DNA of 64,000 nucleotides from Escherichia coli (GTDB lineage Bacteria; Pseudomonadota; Gammaproteobacteria; Enterobacterales; Enterobacteriaceae): NCBI RefSeq assembly GCF_024298765.1, contig NZ_CP101210.1; one strand, 5' to 3'. Shown piece by piece: positions 61,217 to 64,000 of this stretch (position 1 is its first letter; each line of letters starts with the position of its first letter). The notes under the pieces were generated by a model. It saw only the letters and a program-made list of their open reading frames with translations, ran no database searches and was not told where the DNA came from. The position numbers and the translations under genes were made by a program.

Positions 61217-61942
61217 TTATTCCGTGATTAAAGTCCCTTCTTTTTCACCCATTACCACACGGCGCAGCGCACCCGGTTTGTTCATGTTGAAAACACGAAT
61301 CGGTAATTTATGGTCACGAGCAAGCGTGAAGGCCGCCAGGTCCATGACTTTCAGCTCTTTTTCCAGCACTTCGCTGTAAGTCAGTTGCTCGTACATGGTT
61401 GCGGTTGGATCTTTCGCCGGATCAGCAGTAAACACGCCGTCAACTTTGGTTGCTTTCAGCACCACATCGGCTTCAATTTCGATACCACGCAGGCAAGCTG
61501 CTGAGTCGGTGGTAAAGAACGGGTTACCTGTACCGGCGGAGAGGATCACCACACGGTTGTTGCGCAACAGGCTGATAGCTTCTGCCCAGCTGTAGCTGTC
61601 GCACACGCCATTCAATGGAATAGCGGACATCAGACGAGCGTTCACATAGGCGCGGTGCAGTGCATCACGCATTGCCAGGCCGTTCATTACGGTCGCCAGC
61701 ATCCCCATGTGGTCGCCCACAACGCGGTTCATACCCGCTTTCGCCAGACCAGCGCCACGGAACAGGTTACCCCCACCAATCACCACACCAACCTGAATAC
61801 CCAGTTCAACCAGTTCTTTGATTTCCTGAGCCATGCGATCCAGTATGCTTGCATCAATACCGAAGCCTTCAGTGCCCTGCAGAGCTTCGCCACTCAACTT
61901 AAGCAGAATGCGTTTATAGACGGGTTTTGCATTGGTAGCCAT
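61217..61942 (-). CDS. pyrH: UMP kinase
   Basis: 241 aa; recalled match. Confidence 0.97.
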   Translation of the reverse strand: MATNAKPVYKRILLKLSGEALQGTEGFGIDASILDRMAQEIKELVELGIQVGVVIGGGNLFRGAGLAKAGMNRVVGDHMGMLATVMNGLAMRDALHRAYVNARLMSAIPLNGVCDSYSWAEAISLLRNNRVVILSAGTGNPFFTTDSAACLRGIEIEADVVLKATKVDGVFTADPAKDPTATMYEQLTYSEVLEKELKVMDLAAFTLARDHKLPIRVFNMNKPGALRRVVMGEKEGTLITE

Positions 61943-62051
61943 GTTTCTTTCCTGAGACTGTCAACGATTGAAATGAATTAATACTAGCGACATTGTACGT
62001 CGCTTTTCAGCGCAGCCCCACAAGGGTTAGCTGAATTTACAAGATGGGCAC

Positions 62052-62075
62052 AAAAAGAAGCCGCCCTCAGGCGGC
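62052..62075 (-). terminator. Rho-independent terminator after tsf
   Basis: On the minus strand, hairpin GCCGCC-loop-GGCGGC followed by a T-run. Confidence 0.6.
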
Positions 62076-62088
62076 TCCTTTTCGATAA

Positions 62089-62940
62089 TTAAGACTGCTT
62101 GGACATCGCAGCAACTTCTGCTGCAAAGTCAGTCTCAACTTTCTCGATGCCTTCACCCACTTCGAAGCGGATGAAGCCAGTCACTTCAGCGTTATGCTCT
62201 TTCAGCAGCTGACCAACAGTTTTGCTTGGTTCCATAACGAACGGCTGACCGGTCAGAGAAACTTCGCCGGTGAATTTCTTCATGCGGCCTTCAACCATTT
62301 TCTCTGCGATTTCTTTCGGCTTACCAGACTGCATCGCGATATCCAGCTGTACCTGGTATTCTTTTTCTACCACTTCAGCGGATACGTCTTCTGGTTTGAT
62401 GAATTCTGGCTTGCTTGCAGCAACGTGCATAGCGATGTGTTTAACCAGCTCTTCGTCAGCGCCTTTAGCAGCAACCAGAACACCGATACGCGCACCGTGC
62501 TGATAAGAACCCAGAACGTCGCCTTCCAGCGCAGCAACGCGGCGAATGTTGATGTTTTCACCAATTTTCGCTACCAGCGCAACACGTTCTTCTTCGAACT
62601 GTGCTTTCAGTACTTCAACGTCAGTGATTTTGCCAGCAACAGCTGCGTCCAGAACTTTGTCTGCGAACGCCTGGAAACCAGCGTCTTTTGCAACGAAGTC
62701 AGTCTGGCAGTTAACTTCCAGAATGATGCCGTAGTTGCCGTCGATTTTGGTTTTGATCACGCCGTCAGCAGCAACGTTGCCTGCTTTTTTCGCTGCTTTA
62801 ATAGCACCGGACTTACGCATGTTTTCGATTGCCAGCTCGATGTCGCCGTTAGCTTCAGTCAGTGCTTTTTTGCAATCCATCATGCCTGCGCCAGTACGCT
62901 CACGCAGCTCTTTTACCAGGGATGCGGTAATTTCAGCCAT
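62089..62940 (-). CDS. tsf: Elongation factor Ts
   Basis: 283 aa; starts [27 protein letters not shown]. Confidence 0.97.
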
Positions 62941-63197
62941 TCTAAAATCCTCGGAGATGTGATCTGCCCGGCATTAAACCGCACAGATATAAAAGTGAAA
63001 AAGGGGGCCATATGCAGGCCCCCTAACCAAACGTGTACTACCTGGTCTATAAGGGCTCTCCCCCTTCATATTTCGCGCCGCAGATGCGTTATCTTCGCTC
63101 GCTCATCCCGGTCACTTACTGATGTAAGCTCCCGGGAATTCTCGAGCTTGCCGCCTTTCTGCAACTCGAACTATTTTGGGGGAGTTATCAAGCCTTA

Positions 63198-63998
<801 letters not shown>

Positions 63999-64000
63999 AA

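Noticed and set aside
63001-63030. Hairpin GGGGGCC-loop-GGCCCCC in the rpsB-tsf spacer
   Set aside because: A real stem-loop, but it sits between two co-transcribed ribosomal genes and is most likely an ordinary intra-operon attenuator or processing structure rather than a novel element.

Overview
This window reads as an Escherichia coli chromosome segment (reverse-complement orientation relative to K-12) made of two parts. Positions ~16.6-64 kb are conserved core genome: tRNA-Asp (aspV), dnaQ, rnhA, yafS, gloB, mltD, yafE, yafD, yafC, dkgB, the complete rrnH operon (16S, tRNA-Ile, tRNA-Ala, 23S, 5S, tRNA-Asp) with its P1/P2 promoters, gmhB, metNIQ, rcsF, tsaA, proS, yaeF, nlpE, arfB, yaeQ, yaeP, rof, tilS, yaeR, ldcC, accA, dnaE, rnhB, lpxB, lpxA, fabZ, lpxD, skp, bamA, rseP, cdsA, uppS, dxr, frr, pyrH, tsf and rpsB. 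Positions 1-16.6 kb are accessory DNA abutting the 3' end of aspV, with no integrase visible in the window. Reading outward from the tRNA it contains a gene inactivated by two in-frame stops, an IS66-family element with a frameshifted tnpC, an IS630 copy with a ~37-bp internal deletion, a CP4-type prophage-remnant module (YeeW-like, CbtA/CbeA toxin-antitoxin, DUF987, RadC-like, antirestriction, YafZ-like, DUF905), an AT-rich cluster of four small signal-peptide proteins, and the main candidate. That candidate is a compact three-gene operon with overlapping stop/start codons encoding a 798-aa dynamin-like GTPase, a 301-aa protein with no recognisable motif, and a 356-aa patatin-like phospholipase. 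It is preceded by a sigma70-like promoter overlapped by three tandem CGATCG-core palindromes and followed by an intrinsic terminator. I interpret it as a candidate uncharacterised membrane-targeting defence or abortive-infection system; this is inference from motifs and gene organisation only. All gene identities are from recall of protein families against the supplied translations; no database search was run.
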